Part shown: piece by piece, positions 28,233-37,744 of the stretch
Numbering within the stretch: position 1 is the first letter of the stretch
Layout of the letters: every line of letters begins with the position of its first letter
Assembly (NCBI GenBank): GCA_963725825.1
Contig: CAVSAI010000029.1
Location: 54,185-118,184 of the forward strand
DNA: 64,000 bases
Direction: 5' to 3'
Source: Candidatus Aminicenantes bacterium
Lineage (GTDB): Bacteria > Acidobacteriota > Aminicenantia > Aminicenantales > Saccharicenantaceae
Program-made: the position numbers and the translations under genes
The notes under the pieces: generated by a model
Database searches by the model: none
What the model saw: the letters and a program-made list of their open reading frames with translations, nothing else
What the model was told of the DNA's origin: nothing

Positions 28233-28326
28233 GGAGAGGTGCTGGAGTGGCTGATCAGGAACGCCTGCTAAGCGTTTGCCCTGGCTTAAACCGGGGCCGC
28301 GGGTTCGAATCCCGCCCTCTCCGCCA
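28233..28326 (+). tRNA. tRNA-Ser (anticodon GCU), type II, CCA encoded
   Basis: GGAGAGG acceptor pairs with CCUCUCC; anticodon loop CUGCUAA; long variable arm; T-arm GGGUUCGAAUCCCGC; ends G-CCA. Confidence 0.95.
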
Positions 28327-28559
28327 TTGATCTCCTCCGATGACCAGCATTTCGGGAAACGATCGAGATCGACTTCTTCAAGAAGTATTCGGCTTTCTAT
28401 AGCTATGTCTTCTTTATTATGAAGCCGGCCGGCTGAAACCCTCGATCCCGCCTTGACTTTGAGTTCATGTTCCCCTAGATTTGGGGGCGGATGTTTTCTT
28501 TCCTGGGCATTCTCCGTCCCGCCCCACAACTCCCGACGGAGAGGCGAAAGGTCACAGAC

Positions 28560-31500
28560 ATGACAATGATGCGTCGATTTCCGGCCGTCCTAGGCATCGC
28601 TCTTGTCCTGGCCGTCGTCGCGGCCGGCGCGTCCTGCGCCAAGAAGCCGCAAGGGCCCTCCTACGAGACCATCCTGAAGATGTTCGCCGACCCGCCGGCC
28701 GAATATCGCAGCGCCCCGCTCTGGGTCTGGAACGACCGGATGACCCGGGAAGAGATCAAGCGTGAGCTCGAGGACTTCAAGGCCCGCGGCATCGGCGGCG
28801 CCTTCATCCATCCCCGCCCCGGCCTCATCACGCCCTATCTCACGGACGAATGGTTCTCTCTATGCGCCTACGCCGTCGAAGTGGGCAAGGGCCTCGGCCT
28901 CAAGATCTGGCTCTACGATGAGAACTCCTACCCCTCGGGGTTCGCGGGCGGCCATGTCCCGGCGGCCATGCCCGACGCCGGCCGCGCGGGCTTGAGGATG
29001 CGGAAGTTCCAGGGGCGGCCTCCCGCGAAGTTCGAGACCGCTCCCCTCATCGTTCTGCGCCGGAGCCTGACCGGGCTCGAGGACGTCACCGGCAGGGCCT
29101 TGCCCCCGGGGTCCGATACGGCCGTTTATTATGTCTTCGATATCGTCCACTCCGCCCCGTCCCCGTGGCACGGCGGCTTCACCTACGTCGACATCATGCG
29201 CAAGGACGTCACTGAGAAGTTCCTCGACCTGACCCTCAACGCCTATAAAAATGTGATCGGCAAGGAGTTCGGCCTGACCGTTCCCGGCGTCTTCCAGGAC
29301 GAAGCCGAGATCTCCCCGGCCGGCGGCCTCGATGCTGTCAACTACACGCCCGCCCTCTTTCAGGCGTTTCAGGCGCGCTGGGGCTATGACCTCCGGCCCG
29401 AGCTCCCCGGGCTCTTCGAGGAGAACGGGAACTGGAAGCGCGTCCGCCACGACTTCTACGCGACGCTGCTCGATCTCTTCATCGAGAACTGGGCCAAGCC
29501 GTACTACGCCTATGCCACGGACAACAAACTCATCTTCACCGGGCACTATTGGGAGCACGAGTGGCCGCGGCCGCGCGTCTCCCCGGACAACCTGGCCATG
29601 GCCGCCTACGCCCATATGCCCGGCATCGACATCCTGATGAACGAATACGCGACCGGCCCGGACGCCCAGTTCGGCAACGACCGGGCCGTCCGTGAGATCC
29701 GCAGCTCCGCCAACCAGCGCGACCACGAGCGGACGATGTCCGAGACATACGGGGCCGGCGGCTGGGACATGACCTTCGCCGACCAGAAGAGGATCGGCGA
29801 CTGGGAATACGCGCTCGGGGTCAACTTCCTCAACCAGCACCTGTCCTACGCCACGATCATGGGGGCGCGCAAGCGCGACCACCCGCTCTCGTTCTCGGAC
29901 CACGAGCCCTGGTGGCCTTACTACAACACCCTGGCCGATTATTTCGGGCGGCTATCCGTGGCCATGAGCCTGGGCCGCCAGATGAACAAGATCGCCGTCA
30001 TCGAGCCGACGACGACGGCCTGGATGTACTATTCGCCCGCGGCGGAAACGGAAGATTTTCGTACGGTCGGCGCCGATTTCCAGGCCTTCGTCCATCTCCT
30101 CGAGTCCGAGCACATCGAGTACGACATCGTCAGCGAGAAGACGCTCCAGGAGTTCGGGTCGGTCGGCCACGCCAGACTGAACGTCGGCTCCCGCTCCTAC
30201 GGGCTCGTCGTCCTGCCGCCCGGTCTGCGCAACTTCGAGGACACGACCGTCACCCTCGTCCGCGACTACCTCATCCGGGACGGCAAGATCGTCTCGTGGG
30301 TGGCGCCGCCCGACTATATCAACGGTCTCCCGACCGAAGACCTGCGCGAGCTCCAGGCTTCATTCGGCGACCGCTGGGTCGACTCCGGGCCGGGCAGCGG
30401 CTTCGACAAGATCCGGCAGCTGAGCCCCCCCGCGATCGTGTTCTCCGGGCTCCAGACCGGGGCCAAGCTCTTTCATCAGAGGCGGGAGTTCGACCGCGGC
30501 CAACTCCTCTTCCTGGCCAACACCGAGGCCGAGGCGACGACGGCCGGGACCGCGGTCCTGGCCGGAGGGTCGGTCGAGGAATGGGACCCGTTCACGGGAA
30601 AGACCATTCCTTACCCCTTCGTGCGCCACGGCGACAGGGTCGAGATCGCCTTCTCCCTGCCGGCCAAAGGCAGCCTGCTTCTGTGCGTGAGGGACGAACG
30701 GACGAAGCCCGTGGCCGCGCCCGCTCTGACCTGGGAGGACGTCCCTGTTGAAGGGACCCTCAAGGCCGAGCCGCTGGCGCCGAACGTCCTGACGCTCGAC
30801 TATTGCGACCTGACGATCGCGGGCAAGACACAAAAAGACCTCTATTTCTACGACGCGCAGAGAAAGACCTTCCAGGCCAACGGGCTCGACCGCAACCCCT
30901 GGGACTCCGCCGTCCAGTACAAGACCAATATCCTCGACCTCGACAAGTTCACGGCCGATTCCGGCTTCGAAGCTGTTTTCTGGTTCCGGGCGGCCAAGGG
31001 CGATGCCCGGGACTTTGCGGACATCAGGGCTGTCGTCGAGCGGCCGCAACTTTTCCAGGTCTTCGTCAACGATAAGGAGGTCCGGCCCTTGCCGGGCGAA
31101 TGGTGGCTCGACCGGGCCTTCGGCATCTATCCGATAGGCGCCCATATCGTCGCCGGAAAGAACAAGATCACGGTCAAGGCCAGACCTTTCACCATCCACA
31201 GCGAGCTCGAACCGGTCTATCTCCTTGGAGATTTCAAGCTCTCCGGCGCCGCCCGCGGGTTCGAGCTCCATCCGCCCGCGCCTCTCGCGGCCGGCGCCTG
31301 GAGCGCCCAAGGCTGGCCCTTTTACGGATCGGGCGTCCGCTACGCGAGGACCTATACGATCCCGCTCGAGGCCGCGGGAGCTTCCTACCGTCTGCGCCTG
31401 GGCCCGTGGCTTGGGGCGACGGCCGAGGTCTTTGTCGGCGAAAAGCGGATCGGCTCGGCCGCCTTCCCGCCGTTTGAGGTTGATCTGACCGGCGCCCTGA

Positions 31501-31709
31501 CCGCGGGCTCGAACGAGGTCTCCGTGGTCGTATACGGGACGCTCCGGAATACCCTGGGGCCGTTCCACAACGATCCGCCCCTGGGCCGGGCCTGGCCCGG
31601 GTCTTTCCAACAGGGAGCCAAGGGAGGGCTGCCTCCGGGGTCGGAATACTCCTCGGTCGCCTACGGCCTGTTCGAAGATTTCAAGCTGATCAAGGGCACA
31701 GCGCGCTAA
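28560..31709 (+). CDS. Large lipoprotein, putative glycoside hydrolase (GH106-like TIM-barrel enzyme; family uncertain)
   Basis: Lipobox AGASC. N-terminal PLWVWNDRMTREEIKRELEDFKARGIGGAFIHPRPGLITPYL...KIWLYDENSYPSGFAGG and SETYGAGGWD motifs recall GH106-type proteins. 1049 aa. Confidence 0.5.
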   Translation: MTMMRRFPAVLGIALVLAVVAAGASCAKKPQGPSYETILKMFADPPAEYRSAPLWVWNDRMTREEIKRELEDFKARGIGGAFIHPRPGLITPYLTDEWFSLCAYAVEVGKGLGLKIWLYDENSYPSGFAGGHVPAAMPDAGRAGLRMRKFQGRPPAKFETAPLIVLRRSLTGLEDVTGRALPPGSDTAVYYVFDIVHSAPSPWHGGFTYVDIMRKDVTEKFLDLTLNAYKNVIGKEFGLTVPGVFQDEAEISPAGGLDAVNYTPALFQAFQARWGYDLRPELPGLFEENGNWKRVRHDFYATLLDLFIENWAKPYYAYATDNKLIFTGHYWEHEWPRPRVSPDNLAMAAYAHMPGIDILMNEYATGPDAQFGNDRAVREIRSSANQRDHERTMSETYGAGGWDMTFADQKRIGDWEYALGVNFLNQHLSYATIMGARKRDHPLSFSDHEPWWPYYNTLADYFGRLSVAMSLGRQMNKIAVIEPTTTAWMYYSPAAETEDFRTVGADFQAFVHLLESEHIEYDIVSEKTLQEFGSVGHARLNVGSRSYGLVVLPPGLRNFEDTTVTLVRDYLIRDGKIVSWVAPPDYINGLPTEDLRELQASFGDRWVDSGPGSGFDKIRQLSPPAIVFSGLQTGAKLFHQRREFDRGQLLFLANTEAEATTAGTAVLAGGSVEEWDPFTGKTIPYPFVRHGDRVEIAFSLPAKGSLLLCVRDERTKPVAAPALTWEDVPVEGTLKAEPLAPNVLTLDYCDLTIAGKTQKDLYFYDAQRKTFQANGLDRNPWDSAVQYKTNILDLDKFTADSGFEAVFWFRAAKGDARDFADIRAVVERPQLFQVFVNDKEVRPLPGEWWLDRAFGIYPIGAHIVAGKNKITVKARPFTIHSELEPVYLLGDFKLSGAARGFELHPPAPLAAGAWSAQGWPFYGSGVRYARTYTIPLEAAGASYRLRLGPWLGATAEVFVGEKRIGSAAFPPFEVDLTGALTAGSNEVSVVVYGTLRNTLGPFHNDPPLGRAWPGSFQQGAKGGLPPGSEYSSVAYGLFEDFKLIKGTAR

Positions 31710-31738
31710 GTTCCCGCGAAGCAAGGCAGAGACAAGGC

Positions 31739-33256
31739 ATGAACCACGCCGTCGGATTCGACAACGCCCATTACCTCCAGGAACAGAAGAGAGCCATCCT
31801 CGAACGGATGGGCCGTTTCACCAGCAAGCTCTACCTCGAATTCGGGGGCAAGCTTTTCTTCGACTACCACGCCGCCCGGGTCCTGCCCGGCTACGACCCC
31901 AACGTCAAGATGAAGCTGCTCCAGGAGCTCCGCAGCCGGGCCGATTTCCTTCTCTGCATCTACGCCGGGGACATCGAGCGGAAGAAGATGCGGGCGGATT
32001 TCGGCCACACCTACGACGTCGATGCCATGAAGCTCATCGACGACCTGCGCGAGTGGGGCATCCAGATCCGGGCCGTGGTCATCACCCGCTTCGACAACCA
32101 GCCGGCCGCCCGGATCTTCAAGAACAAGCTCGAGCGCCAGGGCATCCGCGTCTATACGCATCGCTTCACCAAAGGCTATCCGACCGACGTCGATGTCATC
32201 GTCAGCGACGAAGGCTACGGCGCGAACGACTACATCGAGACCGAGCACCCCCTCGTCATCGTCACCGGGCCGGGGCCCGGCAGCGGCAAGCTGGCCACCT
32301 GTCTTTCCCAGATCTATCACGAGTACCGCCGGGGCCTCGCTTCGGGCTACGCCAAGTTCGAGACCTTCCCGATCTGGAACCTGCCCCTTAAACACCCCGT
32401 CAACGTCGCCTATGAAGCGGCCACGGCCGACATTTGCGACTTCAACCTGGTCGACCCCTTCCATCTCGAAGCGTACGGCAAGGTTGCCGTCAACTACAAC
32501 CGGGACGTCGAGGTCTTTCCCGTCCTCAAGCGCATCCTCGAGAAGATCACCGGCGGGCCGTCTTTCTACAAGTCGCCGACCGACATGGGCTGCAACGCCG
32601 CCGGGTTCGGCATCACCGAGGACGCGGTCGTCCGCGAGGCGGCCAAGCAGGAGCTCATCCGGCGCTATTTTCGCTACGGCTGCGAGTACACCCTGGGCTT
32701 TGTCGAAAAGGAGACCGTTGAGCGGGCCGAGCTGCTGATGAGGGAGCTCGGCGTCAAGCCCGAGGACCGGCCCGTCGTCGTCGCCGCCCGCCGGGCGGCC
32801 GAGGAGGCCCGGGCCGCGGGGAAAGGGAACAAGGGCGTCTTCGTCGGCGCCGCGATCGAGCTCCATGACGGCACGATCGTCACGGGCAAGAACTCCCCCC
32901 TCATGCATGCCGCGGCGGCCCTGACCCTTAACGCCGTCAAGACGCTGGCCGGGATCCCGGACAAGATCCCGCTCCTCTCGCCCTCGATCGTCGAGTCGGT
33001 CGGAGCGCTCAAGACGAGCGTCTTCGGGGCCAAGTCCGTCAGCCTCGACCTGTCCGAGGTCCTCATCTGCCTGAGCATCAACGCCGCGGCCAATCCCACC
33101 GCCCACTTGGCCCTGGAGAAGATGAAGGAGCTCCAAGGCTCGGAGGTCCATATCACGCACATCCCGACGCCCGGGGACGATTCGGGGCTGCGGCGCTTCG
33201 GCATCAACCTGACGACCGACCCCAACTTCGCCAGCAAGCACCTGCTGGTGACCTGA
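31739..33256 (+). CDS. DUF1846 (UPF0371) family protein
   Basis: FDNAHYLQEQKRAILERM N-terminus and overall length (505 aa) are typical of DUF1846. Confidence 0.7.
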   Translation: MNHAVGFDNAHYLQEQKRAILERMGRFTSKLYLEFGGKLFFDYHAARVLPGYDPNVKMKLLQELRSRADFLLCIYAGDIERKKMRADFGHTYDVDAMKLIDDLREWGIQIRAVVITRFDNQPAARIFKNKLERQGIRVYTHRFTKGYPTDVDVIVSDEGYGANDYIETEHPLVIVTGPGPGSGKLATCLSQIYHEYRRGLASGYAKFETFPIWNLPLKHPVNVAYEAATADICDFNLVDPFHLEAYGKVAVNYNRDVEVFPVLKRILEKITGGPSFYKSPTDMGCNAAGFGITEDAVVREAAKQELIRRYFRYGCEYTLGFVEKETVERAELLMRELGVKPEDRPVVVAARRAAEEARAAGKGNKGVFVGAAIELHDGTIVTGKNSPLMHAAAALTLNAVKTLAGIPDKIPLLSPSIVESVGALKTSVFGAKSVSLDLSEVLICLSINAAANPTAHLALEKMKELQGSEVHITHIPTPGDDSGLRRFGINLTTDPNFASKHLLVT

Positions 33257-33267
33257 GGGAGGACGGC

Positions 33268-33864
33268 GTGAAGAGAGGCGAATCGAAGCGGATGAAAGCC
33301 CGGTACCGAACATTTAAAAAGCGGCACCCCATGCGCAGCGCCGCGCTTTTCCTGGGGCTCGCCGGGCTCGCCTATGCTCTCTCGTCGGCGGTGCTGGCCG
33401 TGGCCGGGTTCGTGCCGACGGCCCCAGTCATCGCCGGGATGGGCGTCGACAATTACTACGCCTGGCAGATGTTCTTCATTCTGCCGCTCGTCTTCGCCGT
33501 CTGGGTCCTGGCTTCAGGCGTCCTCCTGGCGCTCGGCAGGAAGGGGAGTCACCGGAGCGATGTTCTGGTCAAAACCTCCCGGGCGTGGGGCGGGCCGTTC
33601 CTCCTGGCCTGGGTCCCTCTGGCCGTCGAGGCGGGCTTTGCCGTTCTTGGCATGAGGCAGGCGGAGTGGGTGGACATCCTGTCAGCCCCCGGCCTCTGGC
33701 AGACGCTTTATCTCGGGGTCTACGCGGCGGCAGCCTTATGGGCCGTCTCGAGGTTCGTCCTGGCCGCGCGGACCATCCATAAAAGATCCTGGCCGTCGGC
33801 CATCCTGACCGGACTTGCCGCGTCGGCCGTGGCCGTCGGATTCTTCATGCTCTTTGTCCGCTGA
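33268..33864 (+). CDS. Hypothetical integral membrane protein
   Basis: GTG start with RBS gagggagg. Basic N-terminus followed by about 5 predicted TM helices. No family recognised. Confidence 0.45.
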   Translation: MKRGESKRMKARYRTFKKRHPMRSAALFLGLAGLAYALSSAVLAVAGFVPTAPVIAGMGVDNYYAWQMFFILPLVFAVWVLASGVLLALGRKGSHRSDVLVKTSRAWGGPFLLAWVPLAVEAGFAVLGMRQAEWVDILSAPGLWQTLYLGVYAAAALWAVSRFVLAARTIHKRSWPSAILTGLAASAVAVGFFMLFVR

Positions 33865-33916
33865 CGATAGATGCCCGGTGTCGAGACGAGAGAGCGGCGG
33901 CCGGAAGGGGGATGAT

Positions 33917-34378
33917 ATGCCTGAGAGCGATCGGGCCGCAGGGCTCGAGATCAGAGGATTTCGGATCGAAGACTACGACCGGGTCATGGCGCTCTGGACA
34001 GAGGGCGGCCTTCCCCTGAAGCCCCGGGGCCGGGACAGCCGGGAGAATGTCGTCCGCCAGATCGGGCTCCCGAACGTCTGTTTCCTCGTGGCGGAGGAAT
34101 CGAAGGGGGGCCGGGTGATCGGCACAGTCCTGGCCACTCACGACGGCCGCAAAGGCTGGATCAATCGCCTGGCCGTCGATCCTTCCGTTAGGAGAAAGGG
34201 GATCGGCGCGAAGCTCGTCGGGGCGGCCGAATCTTGGCTCGAATCACAGGGGATGGACATCCTGGCCTGCCTCATCGAGGAGGATAACGCCGTCTCCATG
34301 GCCGTCTTCGAGAAGCTCGGCTACAAGAAGCACCCGGAGATCATCTACTTCGCCAAGCGCAAATATCCCGGCGTTTAA
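33917..34378 (+). CDS. GNAT-family N-acetyltransferase
   Basis: RKGWINRLAVDPSVRRKGIGAKLV acetyl-CoA-binding motif. RBS ggaaggggg. Confidence 0.8.
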   Translation: MPESDRAAGLEIRGFRIEDYDRVMALWTEGGLPLKPRGRDSRENVVRQIGLPNVCFLVAEESKGGRVIGTVLATHDGRKGWINRLAVDPSVRRKGIGAKLVGAAESWLESQGMDILACLIEEDNAVSMAVFEKLGYKKHPEIIYFAKRKYPGV

Positions 34379-34407
34379 ACCCCGCGGCGGCGGTCAAAAG
34401 GATGTGA

Positions 34408-35484
34408 TCACGAGCTTGAACGCGCCTCGGCCGGTGGTGTGCCGCTTCGGCGAAGAGGCCCTGGGATGTCCGCGAGCTTGACCTCGGTCAGCCAGTCCTT
34501 GACCTCGAACCGGCCGCTTTCGAGCCAGCTCAAGGCGATGGGGTAATCGCCGGTGGCGAAGTTCGAGCTCGTCGTGATCCGCCGTTCGCTCCCGAGGCGG
34601 AGAAAGTTCACCGGGATATCCAGGTTGTGGACGGCCATGTTGACGAGCGTTCCCTTCTTGGCGAGCACCGACAGCCCGAGGTCGAAGCTGTCCCGGCCGC
34701 CGACGCTGTCGAAGACCGTGCCGAAGCCGTCCGGAGCGATCGTCCGGAGCTCGGCCGCAACAGCGGCGGCCGCCTTGCCTCGCGCGTCGACGACGGCGTC
34801 GAACCCCGCCCGCCGGGCCAGTTCGAAGGGACGGTCTGCGATATCGGTGACGACGACGCGGTTGGCGCCCAGGACCCGGGCTGCTTGCGCGATACCGTTC
34901 CCGGCGGGGCCCGCCCCCATCATCAGCACGGGGCGTCCCGCCTGGATCTCTCCTTGGTGGGCGACATGGACACAGACGGCCAGGATGTCCATCATCGCCG
35001 CTTCCCCGAAGCTCAGACGGTCCGGGATGATGTAACAGCCGCTGCCCCAGGCCGGGACGTATTCGGCATACGCTCCCGGATAGAAATCCCTCTTTCCCCA
35101 GCCCTGGCCGTGACCCATGTGGACCGTGTTCGGGCAGAGCTGGGTCCGGCCGGCTCGGCAATCGGGACAGGTCCCGCACACCTTCGAGCAGACCGGGGCG
35201 ACGCGCCGGCCGAGAAGCCCGGCGTTCTTCTCGTCGAGGACGGCCACGACCTCGCCGGCGTATTCGTGGCCGAGGACGATCCCGGGCGGATTGTCGACGT
35301 GCCGCCCGAGCGTGTGCATGGCCCAGGGATTCTCCCCGGCATAGTAGCGGAAATCGGAGCCGCAGACGCCGCAGGCCGCGACCTTGACGAGGACGAGGTC
35401 CGGGTCGCCGTAGGAATCGATCGGCCAGACCGGGATCTCGCGCAGCGCCATCCGCCCCGGCGATTCGAGGACGACGGCCTTCAT
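34408..35484 (-). CDS. Zinc-dependent alcohol dehydrogenase family (MDR; sorbitol/threonine dehydrogenase-like)
   Basis: GVCGSD..., GHEYAGEV, structural-zinc Cys cluster CGTCPDCRAGRTQLC, MMGAGPAGNG Rossmann motif. Confidence 0.85.
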   Translation of the reverse strand: MKAVVLESPGRMALREIPVWPIDSYGDPDLVLVKVAACGVCGSDFRYYAGENPWAMHTLGRHVDNPPGIVLGHEYAGEVVAVLDEKNAGLLGRRVAPVCSKVCGTCPDCRAGRTQLCPNTVHMGHGQGWGKRDFYPGAYAEYVPAWGSGCYIIPDRLSFGEAAMMDILAVCVHVAHQGEIQAGRPVLMMGAGPAGNGIAQAARVLGANRVVVTDIADRPFELARRAGFDAVVDARGKAAAAVAAELRTIAPDGFGTVFDSVGGRDSFDLGLSVLAKKGTLVNMAVHNLDIPVNFLRLGSERRITTSSNFATGDYPIALSWLESGRFEVKDWLTEVKLADIPGPLRRSGTPPAEARSSS

Positions 35485-35521
35485 CGTTGGCGGGATCGCA
35501 ACTTTTGTGATCATGGCTCTC

Positions 35522-36376
35522 CTAGACCCCCGAGTACGCCGAAAAGCCGCCGTCGACGGGGATGACGGCGCCGGTCACGAAAGACGATGCGTCGGAAACG
35601 AGCCAGACGAGGACTCCCGCCAGGTCGAGGGGCGCGCCGAAGCGGCCCATGGGAGTGTGGGCGATGACGGCTTGGCCTCTCGCAGTCAGGATTCCCGTCT
35701 TCTCGTCCGTGAGGAGGTAGCGGTTCTGGTCTGTTAGGAAAAAACCCGGAGCGATGGCGTTGACGCGGATTCCGGCCGGCGCGAGATGCGTCGCCAGCCA
35801 ACGGGTCAGATTGGAGACCCCCGCTTTGGCCGCCGAGTAAGCGACGACCTTGGTCAGAGGCCGCGAAGCCGTCATGGAGGAGATGTTGACGATCGTCCCG
35901 CCGCCGCTCTTCGCCATCTCCCGGCCGAAGGCCCGGCAGGGGAGCACAGTTCCGAGAAGGTTCAGGTCGAGGACCCGGCGAAAGGCTGCGATCTCGAGGT
36001 CGAAGAACGTTCTCGACGGGCTGGCGCCTGACAGGAAGTCCTGGGGCCCGGCGGTTTCCTGGGACGTGGTTGCCGTGGGCGCATTGCCCCCGGCCGCGTT
36101 GATCAGGATGTCGACACGCCCGAATTCGCCGAGGACCCGGCCGGCGGCGGTCGCGAGGCTCGCTTCGTCGAGGACATCGCAGGCCACACCGGTCGCCCGG
36201 CCGCCCGCGGCGACGATATGCTTGGCGGCCTCGATCGCCGCGCTCTCGCGAAGATCCAGGATGGCGACGGCGACACTGCGCCCGGCCAAGGCCACGGCCA
36301 TGGCCCGGCCGAGGACGCCTCCGCCGCCCGTGATGATAGCGGTCTTTCCCTTCAGCTCGAACAGGTCATCGGTCAT
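35522..36376 (-). CDS. SDR-family short-chain dehydrogenase/reductase
   Basis: TGGGGVLG cofactor motif, NAAG, S...YSAAK catalytic tetrad. Confidence 0.85.
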   Translation of the reverse strand: MTDDLFELKGKTAIITGGGGVLGRAMAVALAGRSVAVAILDLRESAAIEAAKHIVAAGGRATGVACDVLDEASLATAAGRVLGEFGRVDILINAAGGNAPTATTSQETAGPQDFLSGASPSRTFFDLEIAAFRRVLDLNLLGTVLPCRAFGREMAKSGGGTIVNISSMTASRPLTKVVAYSAAKAGVSNLTRWLATHLAPAGIRVNAIAPGFFLTDQNRYLLTDEKTGILTARGQAVIAHTPMGRFGAPLDLAGVLVWLVSDASSFVTGAVIPVDGGFSAYSGV

Positions 36377-37740
36377 GACAGCACCTCTTCAACGGCCTCG
36401 CCGAAGGCTTCGGCCGATTCGACCAGGGCCTCCTCGGCGATGATCAACGGCGGGGCGATCTTCAGACACTCCCCGGCTATCCCCACCGGCGCGAACATGA
36501 GCACACCCTTGCGCATGCTCGTGACATTGATGGCCAGGGCTGTCGCCGGGTCGGGGATCTTTGTCCCGGCCTTGACGACCTGGATCCCGGCGACTAAGCC
36601 CTTGCCGTGGAGGCAGCCGAGCCTCGAGGCATGACGGGTCTGGATCCGGGCGAGACGGGGCATGAGCACCCCCTCCATCCGGGCGGCCCGTTCGGCCAGT
36701 CCTTCGTCGAGGAGTATTCTGAGATTGGCGACGGCCGCGGCGACGGGCAAGGGGGAGGCCGAGTGCGTCGAGGTCATGGCCCCCGGCGGATAGAGCTCCA
36801 TGATGTCCTTGCGGCCGATGACGGCCGAGATGGGCAGGGACGAGGAGATGCCCTTGCCGCAGCAGATGAGGTCGGGCTTGACGCCGTAGTGCTCGTAACA
36901 GAACATCCTGCCGGTGCGGCCGAAGCCCGATTGGACCTCGTCGAAGATGGTGACGATGTCGTTCTCCCTGCAGAACGCTTCGAGCCGCCGGGCGTACTCG
37001 ACGGGCAGGAAATCGGGGCCGACGCCCTGGTAGCTTTCGGTCATGACCGCAGCGATCTCGGAGGGCGCGATCCCTTTCCCGGCCAGGCTGGATAAGAACA
37101 GGTCGAAGCCCGTGTCGGTGTTCTTGTAGCCGTCCGGGAACGGGACCTGGACAAAGGCGGGGTCGGGGACTCCCAGCCACTTCTTTTGGCCGTCCATCCC
37201 GCCCGCGAGCTGGGCGCCCATCGTCCGGCCGTGGAAGGCGTTCCGGAAAGAGACGATGCGGCTGCGGCGGGGACCATACTTTTCCAGAGCGTAGGTCCGG
37301 GCGAGCTTGATGGCGTTCTCCGTGGCCTCGCTTCCGGTGGAAAGAAGGAAAACCCGGTAGCCTTCCGGGTCCGGCGAGATCGATCGCAGCAAGCCGCAGA
37401 GCTCGGCCCGCTGTTCGTGGACGAAGACATAGCTGGCGAGAAGCTCCTGGTCGACGATCCGCTTCAGGGCCTCCCGGATCTCCCGCCGGCCGTGTCCTGC
37501 GTTGGCGACGAGGACGCAGCTCGACCAGTCGATCCAGCGGTTGCCCCACTTGTCGTAGACGGTGAAATCCTCCGCCTTGTGCCAGACGACGGGCGGCTGG
37601 CCGGCCATCGACCGCGGCTCGCTCGCGGCCAGGGCCTCGAAGAGAGGAACGGATTCAGGCACGGGGATCTTCGTCCGGATCGTCCGATGCTTCGTTTCGA
37701 CACGGGGTACCTCGACGGGGGTCAGGTCATAGACGGCCAT
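36373..37740 (-). CDS. Class III PLP-dependent aminotransferase
   Basis: FDEVQSGFGRTG...CCGKGISS (lysine in a typical class-III context). 455 aa. Overlaps the SDR gene by 4 nt. Confidence 0.85.
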   Translation of the reverse strand: MAVYDLTPVEVPRVETKHRTIRTKIPVPESVPLFEALAASEPRSMAGQPPVVWHKAEDFTVYDKWGNRWIDWSSCVLVANAGHGRREIREALKRIVDQELLASYVFVHEQRAELCGLLRSISPDPEGYRVFLLSTGSEATENAIKLARTYALEKYGPRRSRIVSFRNAFHGRTMGAQLAGGMDGQKKWLGVPDPAFVQVPFPDGYKNTDTGFDLFLSSLAGKGIAPSEIAAVMTESYQGVGPDFLPVEYARRLEAFCRENDIVTIFDEVQSGFGRTGRMFCYEHYGVKPDLICCGKGISSSLPISAVIGRKDIMELYPPGAMTSTHSASPLPVAAAVANLRILLDEGLAERAARMEGVLMPRLARIQTRHASRLGCLHGKGLVAGIQVVKAGTKIPDPATALAINVTSMRKGVLMFAPVGIAGECLKIAPPLIIAEEALVESAEAFGEAVEEVLS

Positions 37741-37744
37741 GGCT

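Noticed and set aside
26094-28330. Integrated mobile element or genomic island at the tRNA-Ser genes
   Set aside because: No integrase, transposase or direct repeat of a tRNA 3' end was found. Only the compositional anomaly of one gene is reported, as a finding rather than a mobile-element feature.
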